The position numbers and the translations under genes were made by a program. From the human T2T-CHM13v2.0 reference genome, Homo sapiens: 64,000 nt of DNA. The DNA lies in the NCBI RefSeq assembly GCF_009914755.1, contig NC_060936.1; one strand, 5' to 3'. Positions 26,340 to 40,450 of this stretch are shown here, piece after piece (position 1 is the stretch's first letter; each line of letters starts with the position of its first letter). The notes beneath the pieces are model-generated. The model saw only the letters and a program-made list of their open reading frames with translations. It searched no databases and was not told the origin of the DNA.

Positions 26340-26808
26340 TGTGTATAGTATACATTATAGATGGGATGTTCAAAATTCTCTTTCCAAACACATTATCCCT
26401 TCTCTAATACAAATATTAAATGTTTATATCCTAGCTTCCATTGCAGCCAGAGAGGGGCATGTGACACTTTTTAAGCCAGTGAAATGTAAGAAGTCGTCCA
26501 CCGTTGGCATCCCTTTATTTTCCTCTTCCACTGGCCTGTAACAGGCACACGGATATGATGCCTGAGGGTACAGTAGCCATATTATTACCATGAGGTTACA
26601 AAAGTGAGGACAAAAATAACATCTAAGAAAAAAAATCTAAGCAAAAATATAACAAGAATCCTGGTCCCAATGATAACTGAACATCTATGCTAATCAATCC
26701 CTAAACTTTTTCTTATGTATTACAAATAAATCCCACTTGTGTCATTTGGTGATGCATGTGTGAGATTAATTTTCTTATTTGCAACCGAAGGCATTCCTAA
26801 ATGGAGCA
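26340..26808 (+). mobile_element. MLT1J/K-like MaLR LTR
   Basis: cctagcttccattgcagccagagaggggcatgtgacac...gtagccatattattaccatgag...ttgcaaccgaaggcattcctaa. Confidence 0.7.
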
Positions 26809-26934
26809 GACTAAGGAATCCGTATATATTTCTGGTTTGACAATGCCATAATGTTTTAAAGGTGCATTTCCTCATCCACCATGAATGAAGGATAGTGGAA
26901 GAAATGTCCTTTCTCTCAGCTTATGTTGTACTCT

Positions 26935-27160
26935 TGTGAGTCAGAAAATCCTGGCCTGAAACATGAATCCTGGATCTGCAGTCTACTAGCTGTCTCTCTT
27001 TTGAGAAATTTACTTAACATCCACTGGTTAATTTGCTTTCTGTAAAAGAATAAAACAATATAGAAAAAACATCTTCTTTGAGAGTGGTTTTGGAGAAAGG
27101 CTTATGATAATTTATGAAAGATACCTGACATAAGGCAAGTATTTGATATGTGTTAGGTAT
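26935..27160 (+). mobile_element. MIR SINE
   Basis: gagtcagaaaatcctgg...tgaatcctggatctgc...tactagctgt...ttacttaac. Confidence 0.7.
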
Positions 27161-28409
27161 TTCCCCTCATTTTTAATTATAAGTACATTTACAGTATGTA
27201 CTTGAGAAAAGCATCAAGTAAACAACAGGTGAAAACCAAGACTATTTTTGTCTTGGATAAGCTGTCATATTAATAAAGATATGCACTAGTAAAACATACT
27301 TTACCTTGTAGAAAAAAAAAGGGGCAGGAATGTTTTCTGCTATTTACGATGTTACATATTGTTATTGGTAACCACAAACTTGAGTTATTATTTTGTGGCA
27401 ATAATTTTATAAATTATCATGGCCTAAGAAAGTTTATGATGCTTTCAAATATATACAAGTTATTTTCAGAGAGTTGCATGTCTGATATTACCAAGAAATG
27501 TTTTCGATATTAACAGGAAAGCAACTCTAATTGTTTGATGGGAAGATAAGTTATTTGCCCAAATATCTATAATCTTATGGGAAATGTTTTTTAAGAATAC
27601 TTTAATATTGTTTCTGAAGAAGGTAACAAGCATAACTTTGAGATTTATAATCTCATATCTGTAATTTGTGTATGTGCCAATGCATTAATAAAAGCAAATT
27701 TATCTTTTTCAGGAAAAAAATTGAGTCATAACTTAAATAGGTTTATACTAATAAGGTACTCCATTGATTCAAATATTTGATTTCTTTTTCAGGCAAGACA
27801 GACAAGTTAAGCAACAAAGAAAAATAGGAGTGATTTTCTAAAAAGACAAAAATGCACTTGAAATTGATAAAGCACCAATTTTAGATGGCATACAAAGCAT
27901 TAAGAAGATTAAGGGAAAAGAGCAAAGAAATCAGTAAACCTTTACTCGACCTTTTAAAAATTTCATTAGGCTTAGAAATGTTCCCAAGGAAAGAAAAATA
28001 ACAGATCCTTCTGCCTGTTGTTGTTGATGTTGTTTGAGAATAAATCAAGAAATTATATCCTAATCAGTTGAAGGTTTGCATTTCAGAAAATCAGTGGGCT
28101 CTAAGGGAGAAAATCCTGACAAAGCTTATTACTACACAGCCCAATGATTTCAATATTGAAATAAGAAAGTCATACCAAATTTTAGTAGTTTTTAGAGAAT
28201 ATTACAGCAATCATACGCAAGAGACTTCAGAAGCTGTTTAAAAAGTATTATTAGTTTCCTACAGAAAATTCTGTCAGAAACTTTGAAAACTGAAAGTAAA
28301 GCCAAAACTTTATAGTAGCCTATCAAGTGGTACAATAGATATATATAATTCCTTAAAGCAAGCTGAGGTACCTGTAGAAATAACAGGGAATAAAAATAAT
28401 ACTTCACTT

Positions 28410-28750
<341 letters not shown>

Positions 28751-28778
28751 TTACTTGGGTAAAACATGGAATAAAATG

Positions 28779-29039
28779 TCTTCTTTTCTTTATTTTTTTT
28801 CTTTTTTTGAGATGGAGTCTTGCTCTGTCGCCAGGTTGGAGTGCAGTGGCGCAATCTTAGCTCACTGAAACCTCTGCCTCCTCTGTGCAAGTGATTCTCC
28901 TGCCTCGGCCTCCCAAGTAGCTGGGACTACAGGTACGTGCCACCACAGCCAGCTAAATTTGTATTTTTAGTAGAGACGCGGTTTCACCATGTTGGCTGGC
29001 ATGGTCTTGATCTCTTGACCTTGTGATCCACCCGCCTCG
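28779..29039 (-). mobile_element. AluSc, 5'-truncated
   Basis: Diagnostic ctgtcgccagg and gatctcttgaccttgtgatcc. Confidence 0.93.
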
Positions 29040-29682
29040 ATACAATGCAATTTCTATAAAAATCTTAATATGAGGTCAGCTTATAGACAACAGACACACA
29101 TCACACAAATGAACTGATAATGTCTTGGGACATGTAAAAACTTCCTGAAAATGTAAAAGGATGAGATCTAGCAATAAGCAGTTATTTTCAAGGAGAATCA
29201 CAACACTAGGAGATGCACATGTAAAAACAATTACAGGTATAAATAAGAAGTACAAATAAGGTATGTAAAAAATAAGTATACTTTATTTGGTTATATAAAT
29301 AATTTAAAATCCAAATTCTTCTATGTGTTCCATTATCCCAACGCTCTTCCCCAGCCTCCTTGGCTGATAATAAAAGAAACATCAGTTATTATAAGGCTTC
29401 CCTTTTCCTAGTGTTTCATGAATACAAATTCAAGAGACATCTGCGTGCCACTGCATCACATTTCTGTAAAAATCTTCTCAGCCAGTATGTCAACCTCATT
29501 ACTTAGGAACCAGGACCATTAGATGTACCCATTGACCTCATGAGATGCTGCCAGGGATAGAAGCAAAATCTTTACAGGAAACTGAGTGCATTCATCCTAG
29601 ATTCAGCCTGGACATGCACTAGTCTAGTTGCCTGCAGAAGCACTGGCTCCTTTACCTTTTCCTTCAAAAACAGCATTTAGAT

Positions 29683-29805
29683 TGACCTGAGTGATGAAAT
29701 AACCTGGACAACTAACTCCCATGACACAAGTTTACCTATATAACAAATCCTGCACTTGTACCCCTAAACTTAATACAAGAAGAATAATAAGAATAATAAA
29801 AATAA
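29683..29805 (+). mobile_element. L1PA13-16-like 3' end fragment
   Basis: acctgagtgatgaaataa...cccatgacacaagtttacctatataacaaatcctgcacttgtacccctaaactt plus A-rich tail. Confidence 0.85.
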
Positions 29806-31625
29806 TTTTTTAATTCAAAAAACCCACAAAAACAATGAGCAGAGGTTATAAGATGGTATAGCTTTTAAAAAAACTTGAGAGGAGAACAAAAGACTGCCTT
29901 CATTCTTTTTTTGATTTCGACTGTGAAAACTCTTTGACAAATAAAAACACAAACTCCCCAGTTTTACCTTTGGATTGGCAGAGGAAAAAAAATAAGAGAG
30001 AAAAACAAAAGTCCAAGAATTAAGCTTCTAGTATTTCCCTGGTAGCTTCTGACTAGCCCAGCTGACCTAAAGTTTATAGATTAATTGGTTCTATGCAAGA
30101 TATAGACGATACCATCAAATAATAATTCAAGTGAAAGAGAACATTGGAGACCTCTGTTTAAATCAGGAGATCTAGAAGCCATTTTTATCAGTGGGTAAAT
30201 TAGAAAAATATAACTTCACCTGTAGAGGGAGATGTTGGAGATGTCTTGACCCTCATTTTGGCTCTGCACTGAGAGAAAATAAATCAGAAATAAAGAAAGA
30301 GATAAAAGAAATAGGAAAGAAAGACGGAAGGAAGTCTCTTCTAAGAATACCTAACCACAAGCTAGAGTTGCAGCATGTGACCGTAAATCCAAGCATGTAA
30401 TTTACTTTTAAAAAGCTCCAGTGAGGTAGTGCATCACGAGGATTTAACAAAAATGAGAAATATTCTCTTCGAAAAAAGGATGTTAAACCCATCATCCAAA
30501 TTATTCCTACATATAAAGTTCCAAGAAATATTAGCTTATAATGACAAATTTTCCAAAAAAAAATTAAGATGACAAATGATCCAGAATGATCTAAAATAGA
30601 AAACAGGTGTGGAATCAAACTCAAGGACATTAGAGATAGCAAAGCTATCAAATAAATAATGTAAAGGTAAGCATGCTAAAAATGTTTTAAATTATAAAAA
30701 GAGAATAGACTATAAGATTAATTGACAACATAATTGTCATAGTTGACAAGAAAGACTGAAAAAAAATAATTCTCATATAATTAAAAAATACATAGTAATT
30801 TTAATTAGAAACTCAATAGATGATTTAAATAGACAAAGATGAAGAGAGAACATTAGAAAATGGATATAGATCTGTTTGAAGAAATTACCCCTAATAAAGC
30901 ACAGAAAAATAAAGACATGCAAAAATAAGAAGATTAAGACAAAGAACAAAAAGGTCTAACATATATCAAAATTGAGTTTAATATGAAATAATAGGAGAAA
31001 GTGGAGGGAAGGATTAGTAAAGAAGATGTTTGAGTCAGCATGTTCCAAAATTCAGGAAAGATAGCAATGTTTAAATAGAGAAGCTAAAGAGTTCTCAAGA
31101 AGGATAAGTTAAAAGAAGCTGAGATAAATGCATTGTAATGAATATACGTAATTCTAAAATCAAGAGAAGATGGTTAAAATAGTTAGAAAGAAAAGATAGC
31201 TTTTTCCAAAGGAAAAGCTATAAAACTGTGACTTTCCAACAGAACAAGAGAAGCTGGAAGACAATAGAATTATTTGTTTTCAAGGTGCCAGGAGGAAAAA
31301 CTGTCATATTTGTATATACTCAAAGTAAGTATCTCAAGAATGAAGATACAATAAAGATATTAACTGACTTACATTGAAGAAATTCCTTAAAAACAAAATT
31401 CAGGATACAAAATATGAAAGATAATTGCTTAAAATGTATGAAAAATGTTAAGAAAATATTTGGGCAAATTAAAGCAAACACCAAGTTAATAAAATATAAA
31501 CAATGTCTAATTTGTAGGGCTAAAGAAAAACAACAAATAAGAATGCTGTGTAACAATTAAGACACTGAAATTAAGATTCTAAGGTTCTTGGATTTTTCAT
31601 GAGGTAGATAAAGATACATGATTAG

Positions 31626-31861
31626 GGCCGGCCGCGGTGACTCATGCCTGTAATCCCAGCACTTTGGGAGGCCAAGGCGAACGGATCACGAAGTCAGGAG
31701 ATCGAGACCATCCTGGCTAACATGGTGAAACCCTGTCTCTACTAAAAATACAAAAAATTAGCCGAGCGTGGTGGTGGGCGCCTGTAGCGCCAGCTACTCG
31801 GGGGGCTGAGAAACGAGAATGGCGTGAACCCGGGAGGCGGAGCTTGCAGTGAGCCGAGATC
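31626..31861 (+). mobile_element. AluY lacking its 3' ~45 nt and poly(A) tail
   Basis: AluY diagnostics; stops at gagccgagatc. Confidence 0.95.
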
Positions 31862-32579
31862 TACGATTAACTTTAGTCTTTTGAAAGTTAGGCAAGCATA
31901 TAACCACAAAACGAATGTAAATAGTTTCTATAACTTTCAATCTTCTTGGAGACAAAATAGAATGAGGTAATAAAACAAAGCAAACCACACAAAACTGAAT
32001 TGAAATAAAGCAAGAAAATAAGAAAATGAAAGCATAGAAAAAGCTTAATAAATAGAGGCATTGAAATAAGGTGGCAGAAATAAAATCAAATATACCAACA
32101 TATTCATATCAATATACTTATATACAATAAATATAAATACATTATTTAGTTAAAAGACCAAAATAATCTGGACTTGTTTATAGAAGACATGTATGAAGTA
32201 TAAGATAACAAAATGGTTGAAAGCAAAAGGATTGAAAAGATGTGGCAGGAAAATGCTAACCAAAAATCTCATGTGACTATAACATAAGACAGAATATAAA
32301 TTAAGGTTAAAGCATTATAGGACACAAACATACAACCATACATGCACAGTTTCTATATAATGTCTAGGAGCTAAATTCAACTGGATCATATAACAATTCT
32401 AAACTTATTTTTATCTAGCTTAAAGCTATGCAAAACAAAAAGTATGAGAAGAATCAAACAGACACATCTACTGTCGTAGCAGATAATTTGAACATGCTTT
32501 TTTAATTAATAAATGAACTAAACAGAAAAATCAGGAACTGTAATGAAGATCTGAGTAAAATAATTACATCAGATAAGGT

Positions 32580-33005
32580 AACAAGTCTCCAAATCTCACT
32601 GATTCCTAATTGGTGAACTACTCTTCTCCAAGCAGTGATTCCAGGGTGCAGCCTTCCTTCTTGTGGCTCCACCACTCTGTCGGTCAGTACTGCTCAACTG
32701 GGGGCAATTTTGACCCCTATGGGAAATTTGACAAGACCTGGAGAAAATTCAGGTTGTCACACTTGGTCTCTATTGACATCTAATATATTGAAGACAGAGA
32801 TGCTCAAAACATCCACAGAACACTGTTTCCTGTTGAGGCATAGGGCAGCTCCCACAATAAGAATTATCAGGCACCAAATGTCAGTGCTGAGGTTGGAAAC
32901 CCTGGTCTATAACCTTGGAGTCCTCTATTGGATCTTCCGCATCTGGCCAGCAGATGGGGAAGAATAAGCAACCTCCATTGGGGAAGTTTTTGTGAATCAG
33001 ATCTA
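32580..33005 (-). mobile_element. Old MLT1 LTR fragment hosting MER20
   Basis: gcagtgattccaggg...cttccttcttgtggctccaccac. Confidence 0.5.
32685..32904 (+). mobile_element. MER20 (hAT-Charlie)
   Basis: cagtactgctcaactgggggcaattttgacccc...gtgctgaggttggaaaccctg. Confidence 0.9.
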
Positions 33006-33366
33006 GTGTCCAGAATTCCTTACAATAAATAAAAAAGGACACAAAAATAAAAAAAAAGGCATAAGGAATTAAAGTGTATCACTAAAAGTGGCCAGTATAT
33101 ATGAATATGTACCCAAACTCATTAGTAAACAGGAAACTGAAAATTTTAACTACAATGGGTTTTCACCTGACATTCACCAGGCTGACACTGATGACTGAGT
33201 ATGCCAGTTATGGCAAGGATGTGGAGAAACAGGAATCTCATATATTTTAGTCCAATTGGAAATGTCTGCATCTGATATAGGTATCAATTTAATGTTACCT
33301 ATTAATGTGAAAATGCACATTCTTTATTACCAAGATTCTCTATTCCTAGATATTGATTGTTTTGGG

Positions 33367-33526
33367 TAGTGCTTTTCAACATTGCCTGCAGATTAAAATT
33401 GCCTGGGAAATGTTTATTAGATGTCGGTGCATGAGTACCACTACCAAAGTTACTAATTCAACTGAGCCCAGAACAGGTCCTCAAGCAACAGATTGTTGAG
33501 TGTACAGTTGAAGTTAAAATACACTG
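33367..33526. mobile_element. MER5-type hAT MITE
   Basis: agtgcttttcaacattgcctgcagattaaaattgcctggg...aaatacactg TIR-like ends. Confidence 0.6.
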
Positions 33527-35587
33527 CCTTGGGAATTCTCCTCTCCATGTACACAACAGCATCATTTATAATAGCAAATAAGCAAACAAAAACTCTTATA
33601 TACACAAGCTAGTAACTCCTGTCTATAAAAATTGAAACAGGCAAACACTGTGGTTTAGTCATACAATAAAATATGAATCACAAAAATGAATCCACAGTTA
33701 AACCTGCCTCGAATTGAATTTTAAACCATAATGAGATCTTAAAAGACACAAAATTCAACAAAAAATTGTAAAACGCACTGTAAACACATACCATATAGTT
33801 CTCTTTTCTCTCTCTATATATGTATATCTGTTTGTTTACATATATATCATTATACACACATGTACAAACATATACACACACAACATAACCTGTAGTAAAA
33901 ATTGTAATAAAAAGCAATGAAATAACTTCACAATTCAGGATATGGGAATCTTTGGAGGAAAGGAGGGTAAGAGTTTACAGAAAGGCACACTGGGAGCTAC
34001 AATAGTTCTTTTCATGCATTTTATGTTCTCTTTTTAAGCTGTACTTTGGGCATACGGTGTCATTTTTACTATCGTCCTTTAAATCAAAGATATAACTTAT
34101 ATAAACCCTTATTTTTTATATATTTTGAAATAATTTTAAATAACAAAAAACATAATACCTCAAGAAAGCATTCTACCACATCCTTTTTCAAGTCCTTTTT
34201 TAGTCCACACAAGAAAAGAAACCAAACAAAGTGTTTTCAATCCTTTATTGCACCTACCTCTCCCAAGAAGTGGAACGCAGATTAACTTTTTTGTTCCATG
34301 GTGAGTTTCTCAGACATAAATTATTTCTCCCCTCAACATGCAAAGGAGAATCTATCTGTCTGTGAGGACTGTATTTACCTGTGATCTTGAAGAGCTAGGT
34401 ATTTTACTTTGATTTACGGCAACTTTGTTCCTTTCAAAATAGCACCATCCAATCTAGAAGTCAGAATGGGAGGTTGGTAATTAGCCATATTTGGCGTGAA
34501 GTTACCTACATAATGATTGCATTTTAACAGGAAGTGTGGGCTGCTTCTCAACCTCGATCTTTCTCATCCATAAAATCACTAAGATCTTCCAGATTTCTAG
34601 TCTGTAGCAATGGAAATGTAGCCCCTCTACTCAGCACTCACTAGTTGACAGGGGAATATTGTAATATAAGCCACTCTCCTCACTGAGGCCTGGGATGTAT
34701 CCTGGTTTTCAAGTAGCTTTATTTGTCCCTTCCTGACCCTGGCTGCCTGAGGAGACAAAGCTTTGGGTACAGACTGACCTTGACTCTTGGAGGACAAGTG
34801 AAGCTTGTCTTTTTGACCTCTTTCTGTCTTCCTGAGTGCAAGCAGGCCACATTTCCCATTACTAATTCTATGTTCTCCTCATGAGTAAAATATACAATAA
34901 GTCCATCTTTCCCCGAAGGACAAATAAAAAAACAAGGGCTTAAGGACTGCTTTAAAGTATTTGCAGCTATTTTGGAAATGTTCCTCCTCTGAGGCTGAGA
35001 AGAGTTCTCTTCAACTTTCAGGATGACTCCTAGATTCTGCATCAAGTCAGCAGTCAGTTACAAGTTTACTGGGTGTGCACACTTGGCAGTATATCTGCAT
35101 CCCTGCACCTTTTTAGCCCTGTCTCAGGAAAGGCTGCTCAAACCTGACTTCCAAAAAGCCTCCAGAGTGGCAACTGCTATAAAAAGTTTCAAAATCCTCA
35201 AATTGGCAGGGTCTAGTCTGGTGACACAGAAATCACCATCTGTGCCTGGCTTTCCTCCTGCATGGAGAAAGGGACTCTCTTTCTCCTCCTCCTTTTTCTT
35301 TACCCTATCTTCTGAGCGACGTTAAGTTCTGACAGGGTGGGCTTGGTGACTAGCATGCTACTCACTTTTGTTCCTGCTCTCACGTGTTGAAAATGAACCT
35401 GAACCATGCCTCCTAAATCTAAAACCCCTGAGATGGGGGTTCTCTGGGCTGTGGGATCTAATTTAGTTTTAAATTGAGAACTTTTTCCCCAGCCTTCTGG
35501 CAGTGTTCTCTGGTTTTTACTACGCCTCAAACCCTAGACTCAGATAGCCAATCACAATTCCTGAAGTTGTTTGCTTGATAAACAATA

Positions 35588-36286
<699 letters not shown>

Positions 36287-38134
36287 TAAAGACTGCCTCT
36301 TTAGCACTCATTTCCTAAGTGTTTGTCAATTTTTGGTTTCCAGTGTCTGTTATTGCTGTACCATATTAGTAGTGAATCCTGGCTAAGATTCCAATGCTTT
36401 TCTCCTGCTGTGGCATTTTCTTCTGACTTGAAACCATTCATTTCTAGCAAGACATGGCTTGTGCAGAGGTGAAACAGCCTATATAACTGCTTGACAGTAC
36501 ATCCAGGCTTGGGGCATGAACATGATTATACCCCCAGAGTTTTGGCAATATTGTTCACTACATGTTTGTCCCTCTCCAGGACAGAGATCATTTTTTGAAC
36601 ATTCAAGGTTTCTATCTTTTTCTTTGGTTTTCCTCTCTGTGTTATGTTTGAGACTCACAGAGAAATTAATCTTCTCAGAAGCCTTTTTAAGTTTACATTA
36701 TTTAGTTGCTTAATTTCCCTGACTCTTCTGTTGCCTATGCTTTACCTGCTCAGGTTTTTTTTTTTAAACTACCTAAAATATACCTTCAAAGTTAATCTCA
36801 TCATAGTTCACTTTTATTTGCCAAATCAGTAGTAACTTTGGAAATTCCACATACAACCTGTGCACTAATTTTCCAAAAGGTTCACAGATGGCCTAAAATT
36901 GAGGTTAGCTTCAAATTCAAGGATTGTAATCAGCACATAGTGCACGTAGGTACGCTGCACAAGCATTCTTAGCAATTCTAGAAACGATACCACATTTAGT
37001 AGGTCTAAATCTTACTTCCTAGAAACCTGGTATAAAATAAATTTATTTTATAGAACGAGAAATTACCAGCACATCATGATCATTAGTCTACAGGCAAAGT
37101 CTTTATTCCTGTAATATTGTAGGAAACTGTTAACCATATTTTTAAGTGTGAAATCTGCCTCTGACTTCAATAAATTTAAGACACAGTTGATACTTCAAAA
37201 CAAATAATTTCCTATTTCAAACTATTACCTGTTATATGAATTTGTGAAAGACTACAGACATTCTGCAGCATAGACTATTTTCTCTGGTTATATAAATAAA
37301 ACAGAACTTGCATGACCTTATATACTTGCTTGACTTTTTTTGTGTTTAGTTACATATCTTTATCAATCCATTAATTTATACATTTAAAGGGTATGTGTGT
37401 GCATACCAGATAGAAATATACAGAGATAAACTGTTTGAATTTGTATAGTTGCCTTATAGCAATAGCAGAGGCATATAATACTTAAAAGTTTGGAAAAGTG
37501 ATGACCACTAGCTAAAATCACATTTCAAACTATATTTAAGTTAACACTACTTAACTAGGTTTCCACAGTACTTTATCCACAGGGTGGGTGAAAATTTAAT
37601 TTCAAATAATACGGAGGTCCCCTCTTTTTCTTTGGGTTAGGCAATTGGAGCAGCTTACCTGAGGCTCAGAGTAAAGGTGGAAGGGCTTTTAGTCTTTAAC
37701 CCATGATGGTTGCACACTGTCCACATAGTTAAAACCCATATCCATCTTTCAGTAGTCAGTGGCTTTGTCTCTTCTGTGCAAGACTGGTGCAGGAGAATCT
37801 TTTCAAAGGCTGTAACTTTATTTTCTCGTGTGCATTCTCATTCGATGAACCATATCATGGAGCCCTTGACTGCTCCTCTGAGTGCTGTGGGGGATAAGGG
37901 TGGTAGATGTTGGCACAAGTATCCAATATTCAACGTAACTTACCATTCCCATCCCTTTCTATTATAAGACAATTTCTCTTCAGTTTTGTTGCCCTAAAAC
38001 AAAAACAAAACAGTACTCTTACACTATCTCTCCTCTGTAGACACTGAATAATCACAGAGTTGTCTCTTTACATGCGATTAGCCTTTTTAGGAAAGCACTT
38101 TTTAAAAATCTAGCACTTTCTTTTGTGTCTCTGT

Positions 38135-38179
38135 AAATGCATTAATTAATCCATTCAAAATGCATTAATTAATCCATTC
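38135..38179. repeat. 23-bp tandem duplication (aaatgcattaattaatccattc) at an L2 tail
   Basis: Read directly; copies identical over 22 bp. Confidence 0.9.
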
Positions 38180-38720
38180 CACAATAGCTATCAGATACTG
38201 TTCTAGGAACTGAAAACACTATAGTAATCAAAACAAAGTCTCTCATGGAATGCACATTTTATCAGAAAGAACTTAAGCATCAAGTAAATGAATATATAAA
38301 CATATCATATGTCAGGTAATATAAGTGCTATGAAAACGAGTAAAGTGAGTTAGGGTGTTTTGTTGTTAGAGTGAGTAGTGGAAGCTCTTTCTTTTAGGTC
38401 AAGAGATCAGGGAAAGTGCTTGTGATAAGGTATTAATATTTGGTCAGAGAGCTGATGATGGGAAGAGTCAAGCCATATGACTATTTCTGGGAGGATATTT
38501 TAGCAAAGGGAAGAGTATTTGTAAAGACCCTGAGATAAGTGTGTGATTAATTGATTCCAGAAAGAGCCAGGGCCAGTTTGTCTGGGATTTACTCGTAAAT
38601 GAAGGGTGGGAAAAGCTCAAAGCAGGACATAATGATAAACCTGTGTCCTTATGCATTGGATTCTCTCCATAAAAGTGAGATTTAAGTTGGCTATAGGTGC
38701 TCATTGACAGGTCTGGCTTC
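38140..38720 (-). mobile_element. L2 3' portion
   Basis: cagatactgttctaggaactgaaaacac...taagtgctatgaaa...tcagggaaagtgct...gtcaagccatatgactatttctgggagga. Confidence 0.8.
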
Positions 38721-38949
38721 GAGAGTTAGCTGGCTATCTCTTCAAGGGAAAGAAAGAAATGTAGCTGATAGTCTTCTCTCCACATCTTACAAATCAATTG
38801 CCAATGATTATGGGTTGTAATAGGAATTTTTTTACAAGAACAATACAATGGAAATACAAGATCTGCCATTTAATCAAATCCATTTTGTAATGCAACTTAC
38901 TTTCTAGTTCTTGTTCAAGTGTTTATTAAAATTTAATACAACTTTCACT

Positions 38950-40450
38950 TAACATTATACAATATTTATTTTTTCTTTTTTTTTTCCTCCATGTTTCCCA
39001 GCTCCTCTCCAACCTGAATCTCAACATCAGGTAACCTATAGCTTAGTGTAAATCTTTACATATGTTTCTCCATGTTACACAAATACAAACATACATATAA
39101 AAAAGTATTAATTTTCTGTTTTAAGTCATTTATTTGTAGAAAGATAGCATTACAGGGCATCTAATATTTTGGTAAGAATTTTTCTTCATTGACATTGCAC
39201 CGTGGAAATCTATCCAGGTCTTTTTAATAGCTGCATTATAGTTATGTCAGTTTCCATATTTGTGGTACTTTGAATGATGAAAAAAACATAATACGTATGT
39301 TCTTCTGTACTGGCACCTTCACTCCTTTTGTATATGTATTACAGTAATATAAAGGAAATGTTTAGTTTTTATCTTGGAAGATATTGTTAGCTTATCTTTC
39401 AAGTGGACCATGGTAATTTATGTCCTTGCCAGCACTGGATTTTTAACATGTGTTTGTCTGTGCCAACCAGACAGGTAAAAATTGATACATCATTGTTGCA
39501 TTTTATTTTTACGTTTTTGTATGTTTGGTTATTTGAACTTTGCTCCTTTATATATTGCCTCTTTATCTCTTTTGAGCATTTTTGTGTTTGGGGTATTATT
39601 CCTTCTTATCAATTTGAAATAGGTTTTTGTATATTTTGGCCCATTAATTCTTAGGTGATTGCATTATATTGCAAATATTTTACTCTGTTTACCACTTGCT
39701 GATGATATCTTTTGCTATGAAAATATGTAAAATTTTGTTCATTTATATTTATATATTTTCTTTTATAGATTCTGATTTAAATTTTTTAAAATGTTACTGC
39801 GTTAGCTGTTACAAGAATAATTAAGTATTCATTGCAAAATACATGAAAGTATAGAAAAATATTATGAAGGAAATAATTACAAATCATGATACCAGCCCTC
39901 CAGAAAGTCAACATTTTAATGCATAATGTCCCAAAATATGTAAAGATAAATGTCTACATATAAGTATAAGCATTTTACATGTATATCTGTTTTTGAACAA
40001 AAATGAAATTAGACTTCATGTTTTGTAAGTGTGCATTTTATTCTTTTAATGTGTTATAATGACAATTCCTTATCCATGCCATTAAATATTTACCAGTGCA
40101 ATCCGTCAACATGTTATTTAACCTTAGGAATAGTATATCATACACTAAAAAACACAAAATTCATGTGCATGAAGAAGGCTTCTGTTATTGCGGCATTTTT
40201 AAGATGTGCAACTATTATTCCTTTAGCAAAAAATGTTGTGCTTGCTCTTATTTATCTTCTTAGGATGAAACCCTAAAAAGATAATTATCATATTTAAGGT
40301 TAAGGGCAATTTTAATGATTTTGAAAGATTTTGATACCTAATGAAAAACTGACTTTCAGAAAGGCTATAGTGGTGTATACCAAAGTAGCAATAAATGGCA
40401 TACGCTTAGATCCACATACTCATTAATACTGACTTAAAACAATGTTATTC
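38950..40450 (-). mobile_element. Degraded L1ME-type 3' fragments
   Basis: tttttaatagctgcattatag...ccttgccagcactgg...tatattgcaaatatttt. Confidence 0.5.

Larger units (their letters stand above)
30420..34150 (+). mobile_element. Old L1M (MD/ME-type) remnant, ORF1 to 3' end with large deletions; hosts AluY, MLT1, MER20 and MER5 insertions
   Basis: aaactcaatagatgatttaaatagac (ORF1 coiled coil), gaagctggaagacaatagaat, ORF2 start region, 3'UTR ggcaaggatgtggagaaacaggaatctc. Confidence 0.7.

Noticed and set aside
34500-35560. ETS, E-box and CCAAT motifs in unique sequence as a promoter
   Set aside because: Motifs are scattered over 1 kb with no CpG enrichment or ordered architecture
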